This document shows, in pieces, positions 12,438 through 24,001 of a stretch of 64,000 nt of DNA. Origin of the DNA: Bugula neritina (taxonomy: Eukaryota; Animalia; Bryozoa); the NCBI GenBank assembly GCA_964035545.1, contig OZ037767.1:7450581-7514580 (forward strand), given 5' to 3'. The position numbers were made by a program, and so were the translations under genes. Numbering within the stretch: position 1 is the first letter of the stretch; every line of letters starts with the position of its first letter. The notes under the pieces are model-generated. The model was not told where the DNA came from. It made no database searches and saw only the letters and a program-made list of their open reading frames with translations.

Positions 12438-14275
12438 AGACCATGTAAAACTCAGCCAATCAGCGAAGTGTACCAGGTCAATGTCTTACCATTGTAACTG
12501 ATATAAAATTCTGCAAGTTCAATTGCAAAATGCATGCTTCTAAAAGCTAGTTGTGCAACTTTTTTTTCATGCATTATTTAATTTCATATCTTAAATTGAT
12601 GACTCTTGAAATGATTTTTTAAAATGTCTAAATTAAGTGTTTATAAAATGCAATTAAAAATTTCATGTCTAGAAAAATGACCTGGTACACTTTTGCAACT
12701 TAAGGCCAATTATTACATAACTGCCAGCTTAGTAGTTATTTGTTGTTGCAGCTTGAATGGGTTATTGTTTAGCATTGGAAGCTTGCAGTAAACATCTGTG
12801 AATTTGGTACATGACTTTGATTGGCTGGTTTTTGAATTGCCCTTTAGTATATGCATCTGGATGGCTAAGTAGTGTAGACTCCGCCTACATCTAGCTAATG
12901 TACAGTAGCCAATCCACAGTAGTATTACAAAATTTCTGTTTAACAAATGAAATATTCTGGTCATTTGTCTTGCACTTTACAATAGTAAATATTCTATTCA
13001 ACTAAAATTTTATTGTATGTGAGCCATGGGAACTACTAAGAGGTTAAATCAACCACCTATGCTGGTAATATTGTAGCTCGCAGTAATAGCAAGTCCACAC
13101 CATATAAATATACACATAAGCTATTATGTGCAGCCTATGAATGCTGAAATGACCCCCATTTCTTACCTTCAATTTGAAAAAAATTGTATTACATATTCTG
13201 CCACTTCTGCACCAGGAACTTGTTTTCCTTTTAAATTTTGAAAATAGTGGTCAGTTTCTGCAGCAGTCAACATCCACAATAAACAACGTAAGCTTTCAAA
13301 TAAACTATAAATATATGAAATATTAGTGTGGAAACAATGTCATTTATTCATTGCTATGATGAAAAAATTACAAGAATATTATATATAAAAGCTAGATATA
13401 GATTTCTAGTAAAATGGCACAGGTAAAAATAACACATTTTTACTTCAAATTCTAAATTTCATCAGTCACCAATGGTGGCTGTAGATTACAGAGAGCACAG
13501 CAGACTATCATAATCTTGTCTAATAGAGGTGCCAACACCAAGTTCACACCTCCAGGACCATTTAAAATATTGAACTCCTTTATTCTTTTGATTGCTCTTT
13601 TGACATGGATTCGAAGGTTAGCAATCAACTTTGTTTGCAGTAACTTAATTTAGAGATATAAAAAAGGCCAGCAAGCATTTGAAACTGTAAATCTTGACGC
13701 AGCTTCATCAAAGCCAATAAAAGTTTATCTTGTCCTGCTAACTTTTTGATGACCAGAATATTTCATTTGTTAAACAGAAATTTTGTAATACTACTGTGGA
13801 TTGGCTACTGTACATTAGCTAGATGTAGGCGGAGTCTACACTACTTAGCCATCCAGATGCATATACTAAAGGGCAATTCAAAAACCAGCCAATCAAAGTC
13901 ATGTACCAAATTCACAGATGTTTACTGCAAGCTTCCAATGCTAAACAATAACCCATTCAAGCTGCAACAACAAATAACTACTAAGCTGGCAGTTATGTAA
14001 TAATTGGCCTTAAGTTGCAAAAGTGTACCAGGTCATTTTTCTAGACATGAAATTTTTAATTGCATTTTATAAACACTTAATTTAGACATTTTAAAAAATC
14101 ATTTCAAGAGTCATCAATTTAAGATATGAAATTAAATAATGCATGAAAAAAAAGTTGCACAACTAGCTTTTAGAAGCATGCATTTTGCAATTGAACTTGC
14201 AGAATTTTATATCAGTTACAATGGTAAGACATTGACCTGGTACACTTCGCTGATTGGCTGAGTTTTACATAGTAT
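12438..14275. mobile_element. ISL2EU-type (PIF/Harbinger-related) non-autonomous foldback element
   Basis: 522-bp inverted arms at 12443-12964 and 13749-14270 look identical by eye and give the mirror-image ORFs in the track. The imperfect 5-bp tips are flanked by AT on both sides (12436-37, 14276-77). The spacer holds a transposase remnant. Confidence 0.85.
13452..13753 (-). pseudogene. Internally deleted DDE_Tnp_4/ISL2EU-like transposase remnant
   Basis: The minus strand reads VIKKLAGQDKLLLALMKLRQDLQFQMLAGLFYISK (HTH_Tnp_4-like). This is joined out of frame to LLQTKLIANLRIHVKRAIKRIKEFNILNG...LDKIMIVCCALCNLQPPLVTDEI* (C-terminus of the DDE domain; the HVER Glu is replaced by Lys). Confidence 0.85.
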
Positions 14276-14814
14276 ATGCATTCATACAATAATCTTATGT
14301 AATATTTTGATATATTAGCTATATAGTAGCATAGACTAACAGTTGTATATGTAATCTGACCAGATGTTTGTATTATTTGTTATCTGAATGGGTATCATTA
14401 TTTATTATTGATACCCACTCGTGCTAGTTGACAACTATACAATGGGTGCAGGTGTGTGCAAGGTATTTGCAACAAAACTCCACAAAGCAGTCAACACTTC
14501 ATGTTTAATTTGACAATTTATATTGAATAACCTTTAAGTCACATCATATTAAACAACTCCAGAATATAAAACACTAAATTTATTTGTATTACAGTCAAAA
14601 TAAGGTAGAAACAATTTACAAACAACTTGTCAAAGTAAAAAGAGAAACTATCCACTGATTGTAACATTACAGTGATTCAGTAAAAGATAAAAATGCATCA
14701 TGCATTTCGGACACAAACACAAACAGCATAAATATTATGAATATATGCATTGGATCTACATCAGGCTGGAGAAGATGTGTTCTACAGGCTGTGCAATTGT
14801 TTTTGTTCATTTTT

Positions 14815-17800
14815 TCATCTTCCCATTACATTCACCTACAATACAAGTGATAAATACTAAATAATACACTTGACAGAGTGAAGTAAAATGCTAAAAACAG
14901 GAGGGGGATGTTGTATGCTCTTAACTAGCTGCAGTGCTGGTAATACAACATAAACGGAAAAATAATTATAATGCATCATCTTTCTACCCAAAAAAACATA
15001 AATAGAGTTGAAAAGCAATGAATTTTTATAGTTCTCAGTTTGAGCATGTTTCTGGGCATGAGGACAATCTAATTCAATATTGATATACTTCAAATATGAT
15101 TCCGAGATGTATATTGAAAACTTTTAAAAAACCACAGTTGGTAAAGGCGCACACAATAAGACAGAACATGAAGGGGCATAATATACTTACAATATCATCA
15201 ATCTTCATGATGCTTCTCACAGTTTCACTAGCGAGTGTGATAGCAGAGGTAGATACAAGTAGTGGCTGTACTACGTTCTCGTCAAGTATGTTAGTTATCA
15301 TACCCTGTCAAAAAGTCAACTCATTTATTGTAATATACTGAACAATATACAAAACTTCAGTTGTGCACTATTTATTCAAAAGAGCATTATAAAACAATAT
15401 CCAGTATTCCACTTTAACCATTCTAAACTTATATTTGCTAAATATGCAGCAAAAAGCTCCTTTGTGCCAAACACAACTCTCTCCCAAACAAGTGAGTCTA
15501 ACCTAAATACTGATGGACAAAAATTCTGTATTTGTAAATATTAAAGGATTGCTCTATCTTGTCTAATAAATGGCCATTTAGGTCAAACACACATAATATT
15601 GTGTTTTTCTAAGCATGCATTGACAAAAAGCATTTGACCAAAGGTAGAAAAAGTTAGTTGAAGTTGAGGGTGTAGATTGGTAACAGCCAAAACGCCGATT
15701 TTGAAATGAGCTGGGAACTGTGACGTAACAGCGCCAGCATTCCTGCTGGTCACGTGACTATACAAATGAATAACTATAGAAATATGACTGTGAGATGTGA
15801 TCTTTCAGCTCGTAATTTGTATATTTATAGAAGTGCAAATGTGAATTATCTCAATCTATAGTTTTTTGACATGTTAAATAACATGTATGTGATAACATTA
15901 GGCCATATTTTGCTTGTAAGCATAGAAAAAAGCATTGCAAAAACATGCATTCTTCAGGATGAATGCCTGCGATCGATCTAAACTAGGTCAGATTGTGCAA
16001 TATTACGGGCGCACCAAAGCTGACCTATATAGCGCACTGTAACTGCTTGAGCGTTATTGGTTGATGTTGCGCTCAGCAACCTTGAATACTAGCGTTATAG
16101 TTAGCACGTGCAGCATAGTTACTGGCGTTCACACGTCACGTATTAGGCTATTCTTTTTCATGGCTGAAAATTTTACCTCCCTCAAAATTGGAATTTTGAA
16201 AAGCTGTTTTCTAGGCATATATCCCTTTGCAAAGTCACAATTGTTTGCATACACATTAGATTATAGTTCATAATTATAATGTGATTGTAATAAACTAAGA
16301 TAGAGCAATCCTTTAAGTCTTTTTTAACTTTACGTGTGGGAAACAAGATCAATAGGAACCCATGGTGCAAGTGAATAAGTTCAATAACCAAACATTCACC
16401 AATCTGCCAAACTCACCTTTCTGACATTGATGCCTGTATGAATTTCGCCATTAGCATGCCTATTTCGTAGCTCCGTGACAGTAGCAATAGGATTTAGCCC
16501 AGCATTCTCAGCCAATGTAAAAGGCACTACTTCGAGGGCGTCAGCGTATGCCCTGAAGCAATACTGCTGCATACTGGACAGTGTGTCAGCATATTCTCTC
16601 AGTCTTATAGACAACTCAGTTTCAGGGGCGCCTCCGCCAGCTATCAGTGCTCTGCAAGTAGGAAACTAGTCTACGTAGACACATAATCTGATGAATGAAA
16701 ATGACTGAGTATAGGAAATACAATATTAATTACAACCAAAGTTTGTCTGTTTTCCAACTATTACTAAAACTTCGTACAGATGAATTTGTGGTAACATTTT
16801 GCATTAACTTATGGTTGTGGTGTCATGTGATGCAACTGTTTGCAAACATAGAATGAAAAAGTCATTCACACAATGCGAAGCAATAGGAACGAAGTATAAT
16901 TCTTACATTTAGTTAGTTAAAGAATGTATTGGCATTCAACAGATCATGTAGTACATATTAGGAAGTGTATTATACAGCATAGGCTTAGTGATAACAAACC
17001 TTTTTTTCACAAGACACCGAATAACGCAGAGCGCATCATGAATAGATCGCTCTGCTTCCTCCAACACTAGTTTATTGGAGCCCCTGACTATCACAGAGAC
17101 CACTCGTCCAGGGTTCTGTACTCCGGTTACCTGGCAACAGCAATAACATACATTCATGCAGAGAAAAGGAGGGACACAAAGCCGTGAGGTGAATAGTCAG
17201 AAAAGTGTTGAATATTAAGCCAATGTGCCACCATACATGTGTCATGAGCATCATGTGTGTGAAAGAGAGGGAAACTTAGCTAAGAAAATAAAAATGCGCA
17301 CAATAATAGAGTGAATGTCATACGTACTTTGACTATTTTACTAGAGCCGGCATGCATCTCCTCGACTAGTTCGGCGCTACCAAGCATATCTGCTGTGAAG
17401 TGATCCAGAGAAGCTATTGGTTTACACCCTAGACCCTTACATATAAACTCTATATCTTCTCTTTCAATGTCTTTCACCACCATGATCTTCAGCTTAGCTA
17501 AGAAATGCAGTGCCAGATCGTTCACAGCATCTCTGCAAGAAAGGATGAAAAGATAGTTACGGAGGGAACAAAATAGCCACCTTTGAGCAGGGATAAAGTG
17601 CATAATGTAATTTTTGTCCAACCAGAAGAACTTCTAGTTTTTGTTTAAAGATTATTTAGTAAAAACCTTCGACACTATACGACCATTCTGCTGGTAACGC
17701 AGTAACACTTGCCTCAGAATAGACTTCTGTATAAGTAACATGTTACACCCAGACTTTTTGATAGTTTTCACAATGTTGAGAATGTACTGTCTCTCCTCCT

Positions 17801-20800
17801 TCATTATACGGTCCATTTGCGTATAGTCTGAGATTACTACATTGTTCTCCATCTACCAATAGCAAGCCTTGTTATATCATGAAATATATTTTATTGCTAG
17901 CCATATAGAATAACATCTGAGGTGAGTTCACAGTGGTAGAAAAGTGGCTAGAATTAATAAAACACAATCATAGTGTACAATTTGAAAATTTGAAAAAAAA
18001 AACTGGAGTCAATATGACTATTACCTACCCATTTTTCTTTTCTCATACTATTACTATCAACATGCTATCACGCTATGGGTTTTATTGCACAGTAACGCCC
18101 TATACATAGTCAATACTTACATCAGTCTTTGGTGGAGATATACAAAACTGTATCAATCCTATCTTTGCTTTCTCAACTTTGTTAGGGCCGCCGGCACCCG
18201 AGGTCTTTTGGTCAAACACAAAGCCATCTACTAGCTCTGTATCTTCCACTGTACCTCTAATAAATGCCATGCAACGGTCAGCTAACATACCTCACAGTGA
18301 GCTGTCAAGTTATCATTTCACACAAAAGCACATAATTATATGAGAAAGGCAAGAGACTAACAAGAAACAAGAGTTCTTGATTGAAATACATTTGCAGACA
18401 TAACACACAAGTGAAGGCAAATCAGCAAAAAAAGATAAGAAATTCATTATGCCTGTCAATTTAGCTGCAGATAACAATTTGATCTAATACGGCAGCTATG
18501 ATTATTCTCAGCCTCTACTGCTCTAGCCCGAGTAAACTATTAGCAGGTACATTACTAGCAGGTTTCATATGTAACACAGAATTTACTAACCCCAGTTTCT
18601 GCATGACCCTGATATCCTTGAGATCTACGTTAGTGGCTTTAGATGGGTCAATGACTCTCAGTACAGCATCCACAATGATGGGAGAGAGAACACTGGAGTA
18701 CTGGGACACTACCTATATGGCACAGATACAACTATACTCACAATGGTCTGTACACTACTTCTATAGCACAGATCAGGGTTGGGGTAATTGTAATTGGTTG
18801 TAATTAATTGCATTTTTTCAAGTAATTGAATGTAATTTGTAATTGATGAATAAAAATGTAATTGTAATTAATTACATTGCTAATGTAATTGAATTTCACA
18901 ACTACCTTATTATAACATAACAAAATTACTTCCAATTTTTAAATCTTATAAAATTGATCATTTTCCTGCCTTGCCTACTGGTCAATAAAAGTTCAGATTA
19001 ATTTAATGTCGTATTTATCACTTTATTTGTTACTGTTGATAACAAAGAAGGTTTTCAGTTGTCAAAATTGCGTTGGGTAGTTGGACCCCAGAAGTGAGAT
19101 TATATAACTTTTATTTGTCTCTTGTGAGAACAAAAGTAATTGTTATTGTAATTAATTACATTTATTTTATGTAATTTTAATTGACAAATTCTCATGTAAT
19201 TGTAATTAATTATATTTGTATGTAACTGACCCAACCCTGGCACAGATACAGCTATAGCCACTCTATATTACTTGTTGAATGTGTTTCAAATTCCAATGAT
19301 ACGATGGCTTTCGAACTTCACTTTTCACATTACAAGACAGTTGAGAGGTAAAAATTATTAACATGACAAACACAGTCCTGACTTCATAGAAAACAAGACC
19401 CTAAAAATTATTAACGGCGTCTTTGCAAAGTGGATGGGTGGGTGCACTGTCCTTACCTTGCTGTTGAGAGAGGTGGAGGCAGATTTGAGCAAGCTTTCCT
19501 TGTCATTCAACTGCACTGGGTTACTCATCTTCTCTAGAATCTCACAACCTTTCTTTGCAGCCTCCTGGAAGGCATCCGATATAGTTGTGGGATGAATACC
19601 TACAAAAAGCTATACCTTGTGAGATCTGCACTGCCCAGAGATTCTATTCAGAATACAAATACATGGTGCTGAGGTTATCTGCTGAAAGTTTCAAATGACA
19701 GCAAAGCATAAGGGAGTGAAAGTAAGTAATCTTGAATTGCCATAGCATGTGCCATTAATAATTAATGTAGTAATATCAACACAGAAAACCTGGCACACAG
19801 TAAAATTTAGTCATACAAATAATTCTTAAACAAGTTTAACATTCACTCTACTTTTCGGCAACTGCAACCAAATGTAAACATATATACTATTTGAATTATA
19901 TCTACCAACCTTTAGCCAGAAGCTTTGAGCTGGCATCCAGTAGAGCTCCAGCAATGACAACCACAGATGTAGTGCCATCTCCAGCCTCTATGTCTTGAGC
20001 TTTCGATAGTTCAACCAACTATGTAAACAGAAGAAAGGCATTCATTGGCCTGATAAATTTTAGGAACATAAATTAGCATACATTGATAAAATGCTCTAGA
20101 ATCATACACTTCAATTCTGTATTTACCATTCTTGCAGCTGGGTGTAGCAGCTTCATTTGCTTCAAAATAGTAGCACCATCATTCGTGATGGTCACGTCTC
20201 CGTTGCTTGCTTGAATCATCTTGTCCATTCCTTTAGGACCAAGACTGGTTCTGATGGCATCAGCAACAGCTAAATTACAATATTGTTGAGGAAATATGAA
20301 ATGGTAAGTCTCACCAAACCTGATACTTGCATGATACGAAAATCTATATACATGAGACACCTTATTAATAGCTTCAATGGCAATAGACGACAAGTAAAGT
20401 GGAGCTCATATAAGGCCTTGTAAACTAAATACGAATTTACTCAGCATTTTCAACAGCTTTAACCGAATAAATTTTCGAAGCATTGCATGCGATATAAAAA
20501 TTGATATTTCTAAGAAATAGTCCAGTAAATAGAATGGACTGTTTCTTGGGCTGAAATAATGAAGGTTAGCTATTTCTTCCCATAATACAGTTTGGCACCT
20601 TGAAGTTAAAAATTGAGAACTCCATAGCAGCATGATTATGATAAACTTTCTTATGACCAATATCATAGCTACATGCAATTAATAGTTACACATTTAAGTT
20701 AACATCTTATTGTTGAGTTCATATAGGAGGTGTGCGCTACACAAAAACAAGGGTAAACATATTCATATAACATAAATTGCATTCTTAACATAAGACTTAA

Positions 20801-21678
20801 CTGGAAGCGAATCAATGTGCAAGGCATTAATTTTCAAGTAAAAACATTTATACCGAAAAGAAAAAACACTAGATAAATTTTAATCTAGCAAAAACTAAAA
20901 ACATTCTAAAAGTAATTGGTTTCGGAGATAACAGTACTGCGATATAAACCTAAAATTTTAATTTAAACCATCCATGGAACTAATACTTATACTATCTGTG
21001 TTCTTGCGAACAAAATAGCTGAACACAAGATATAGTTGTTGGAACCCTCGAGTTAAACTTAACAGTGCAACAGCAGCAAGTGACTAAGTCTAATTTATTC
21101 TTCTAATTTAATTTTCTTACTATTCAATGTTGTTCATTATGATTAATATCAACTTTAAGCCTCAATTTCAAATAAAACAAACCTCAGACCTTGTGGCTTA
21201 TGCTCGCAGTTAATGCTTAACCTAGCAGTAGTTGTTATATTTCTAATATTAATATAGCCTGAAGAATGAAGATTCATATTCCATTTCATATTCATATTGA
21301 TTTTCGTTTTGAATTTGATTATGATACTCATACTGGAAATGAACATCATGATCATGAAATGAAATTTGGTCTTGGAAATCAACACGGTTGAGCAGTTAAA
21401 TGGGATAGTCACAATGACAATGAATAAGGCTCAACTGACATTCACATTGTGAAACATTCAATAATCTGCAAATGATGCAGCAATGGTGACATTAATGATT
21501 AATCTACGATAATATTTGCCAATTGCAATGTAGGTAATGTTTAGGTTATAGATGTATTGTTACCTTTTGCAGCACTGACATTACTTTGCCTTATTGCAGC
21601 GGGCTTTTCTTTATCTTGGTATTCAGATTTCTTTCCTTGTGACCTAGGAGGAGCCGCAGTGACTTTTTTGCTAGACAT
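14815..21678 (-). CDS. CCT4: T-complex protein 1 subunit delta (chaperonin CCT), 537 aa
   Basis: 12 exons: 21564-21678, 20127-20269, 19910-20018, 19457-19599, 18591-18712, 18121-18256, 17713-17852, 17328-17532, 17000-17130, 16417-16651, 15191-15304 and 14815-14835. Motifs include [49 protein letters not shown] and IQKSILRDAV. Confidence 0.98.
15545..16312. mobile_element. Kolobok-type MITE in CCT4 intron 10
   Basis: TTAA flanks at 15541-44 and 16313-16; 16-bp TIR AGGATTGCTCTATCTT...AAGATAGAGCAATCCT. TTAA with purine-purine termini fits Kolobok rather than piggyBac (inference). Confidence 0.8.
18774..19239. mobile_element. hAT-type MITE with (GTAATT)n subterminal arrays, copy 1 (CCT4 intron 4)
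   Basis: 8-bp TSD GCACAGAT at 18766-73 and 19240-47; TIR CAGGGTTGGG...CCCAACCCTG. Confidence 0.92.
21100..21560. repeat. Period-6 TNA tract in CCT4 intron 1
   Basis: e.g. TCAtat TCAtat TGAttt; TGAatt TGAtta TGAtac TCAtac; TGAaca TCAtga TCAtga. Confidence 0.7.
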
Positions 21679-21890
21679 TTGGTAAGTTTAAAATAATGGA
21701 TTGATTACAGATTCACAGTTACTTATAGATTATTTAAGGGTCTTCAAAATTAAATAAAACCTTCGAGAACAATCAATGAACTTTTTTGTTTATATTCCTC
21801 TGCTAGTAGCGACTGTATATTACTAACTTTTTAGAAAACATCCGGTGTGTCAACCGATTGGCTTCAACTCTCGGCTCCACGGTATTACTA
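21679..21890. promoter_or_regulatory. Putative bidirectional promoter core, CCT4 / EXD3
   Basis: Head-to-head arrangement, inverted CCAAT (CCGATTGG, ~21855) and local CpG enrichment. The EXD3 ATG exon is preceded by an acceptor at 23968, implying an upstream UTR exon, probably here. Confidence 0.55.
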
Positions 21891-22690
21891 TTAGTAGTAT
21901 TACTATTACTATATTTTGTCTATAGTGTGCTGCTGTGCCAGACTGATACTTTTTGCTATTCCCAAACTCTAAAGACTTAACCCTCAACTAATGTTCTTAA
22001 GTTTAAAAATAAGTATAAGACTAAGAGTAAGTGTAATAATAGCTGATACTTAATTGTCATGGTGATAGTGATACTCTGTCTCATGGCCATACTCATACTG
22101 ATACTTGTAGTACTACGTCTACTGTACTAGTTGTACCCGTGTACCGGTATTGAGTTAGTCAGTTACTGTTACTGTTAGTGTTACTGTCTGAGTTACTGTT
22201 AAAGTTAGAGTATCACACTTAGGCTATACTCATAGTAATACTGATACTGATAGTCATACTGATATCGATGCTCATACTCATAAACATACTCAGTCGCATA
22301 GTCATTGTGATACTGATACTTATAGTTATAGTCAATGCCATAGTGATAATGATTGTCACAGTGATAATCATAATCATTATCATTTATTTACAGTGATACT
22401 AATACAGTAACAGTGATACTGAATGATAGAGATACTGATAGTGATACTCATAGTCATACTTTATACTTATACTCAATTTGTAGTAATACTTAGTCTTATA
22501 AGTTATAGTTATAAATATATTAACTTGCAAACATCATGATCAGATCATGATCATAATTTATAACATAAAATTAATTTTAATCATAATAATAATGGCCACT
22601 ATTAATATTGTCTATAAATTATAACTATTAATTATAAGTTGAAGTTTGAGTTTTCAGCAGAAAGCAATCTTAATGTTAATGCTAAGCAGG
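21880..22690. repeat. Period-6 TNA tract (probable EXD3 5' UTR intron)
   Basis: 22230-22385 is 26 consecutive in-phase hexamers; all have A at position 3 and 22 have T at position 1. Confidence 0.85.
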
Positions 22691-24001
22691 TTTAGCTAAT
22701 TGGATGAAGAGTTCACCGAAATAAAATTTATTTATTTATTTATCGAAAGCTCTCTCACTCTATCTGTCTGTCTATCTCTTTTCATTAATCAGTTTCCATA
22801 AAAACAGTTCTTGTATTATAGCTTTAAAAATAGACAGATGTTTTATATTGTGTTGTTTCTATTCTTTGAATGACTCTTTTTGTGGTAAGTTCTTTATTTA
22901 GCGGTTTTTATAAGTATAACATGGAATACAATAACCATAAATATTATAATTGTATTCTTGCTGTTTGGTCTTTGTAATCAAATCAAAGCTTATGAGTTAT
23001 AACGAAGAAAATATTAAATATTCTTCTTTTTTTCTGGTAACTAGTAATACTTTGTTAGAATTGTTATTTATAATACTTTAATAAAACTGTACATTACGGT
23101 CACAGGACTGGTTTATACTGCATAGTAAGTACATGCAGCTGTGAATTGATCCATAGCGATATCTTGTAATAAGTTTTCAGTTTGTGAGCATCAAGAAAAC
23201 TATTTTTGATTTTAAATAACCAATATCTAGATTCTAGATTAATGGCAAATATTAATGCCTCCCCCATTTATTTGATATAGTTTTATAGCTTATCATTTCT
23301 AACCTTCTCTTTAAATCAACTTTTTTTTTGCAAGTTAATAATTTTAAGCAAAAGGAAATTGTATTGTTCAACATGTTGTTTGTTTATAGTAGATGAACAA
23401 GGCAGCCTCATGTTGTGTTAGATTGGGTCATAACTCATAGTTTATGCAATTATTATTATAAGTATTGAAGGTAAAATTTAAGTTTTGATGTAAGATAAAA
23501 ATTTCTTTTAGTTTTGATTAATGTTATAGAAATCATTTGATTTAATGAGTCCAATATTTCATTATTTGGTTTTGTCAAATAATTAAATTTTAGGACTTTT
23601 TAACCAAGGAATTTTATTTCCATTTTCAAAACAGCATAAATAAATTTGATTATTTATGGTTTTGTGCATAAATTCTACTTTAATTTTTTTCACATAAATG
23701 TTAAAACTCACTAAAATTGATATTACTTTGCTACTATTAGATTTATTGAGATGGGATTTGATTAGTCTTTCTACCTACCCTACACAAATCAATCATGCAG
23801 TGTTGTCCGAGTTAAACCAACTGACCATTGTAGCTTTTACTGTTATAAATATTACTTTTGATTTGGTTGCTATAACTACGGCTACAATTCCTCTCTTAAT
23901 AAATGTGTAATGTGATGTGTGTAATATCTTAATGTGGCATTTTGTTTTCAAAGGATATTTTTTGCAGGTAAAAGATAATCTTTGGTTCTATATTTGCCAT
24001 A

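Noticed and set aside
12713-14000. Two identical 83-84 aa ORFs on opposite strands
   Set aside because: They are mirror images produced by the 522-bp inverted arms and have no recognisable domain.
19610-19745. Possible H/ACA snoRNA in CCT4 intron 3 (minus strand AGATAA ... ACA)
   Set aside because: The stems are short and the ACA is only ~18 nt from the acceptor. It cannot be supported without a covariance-model search.
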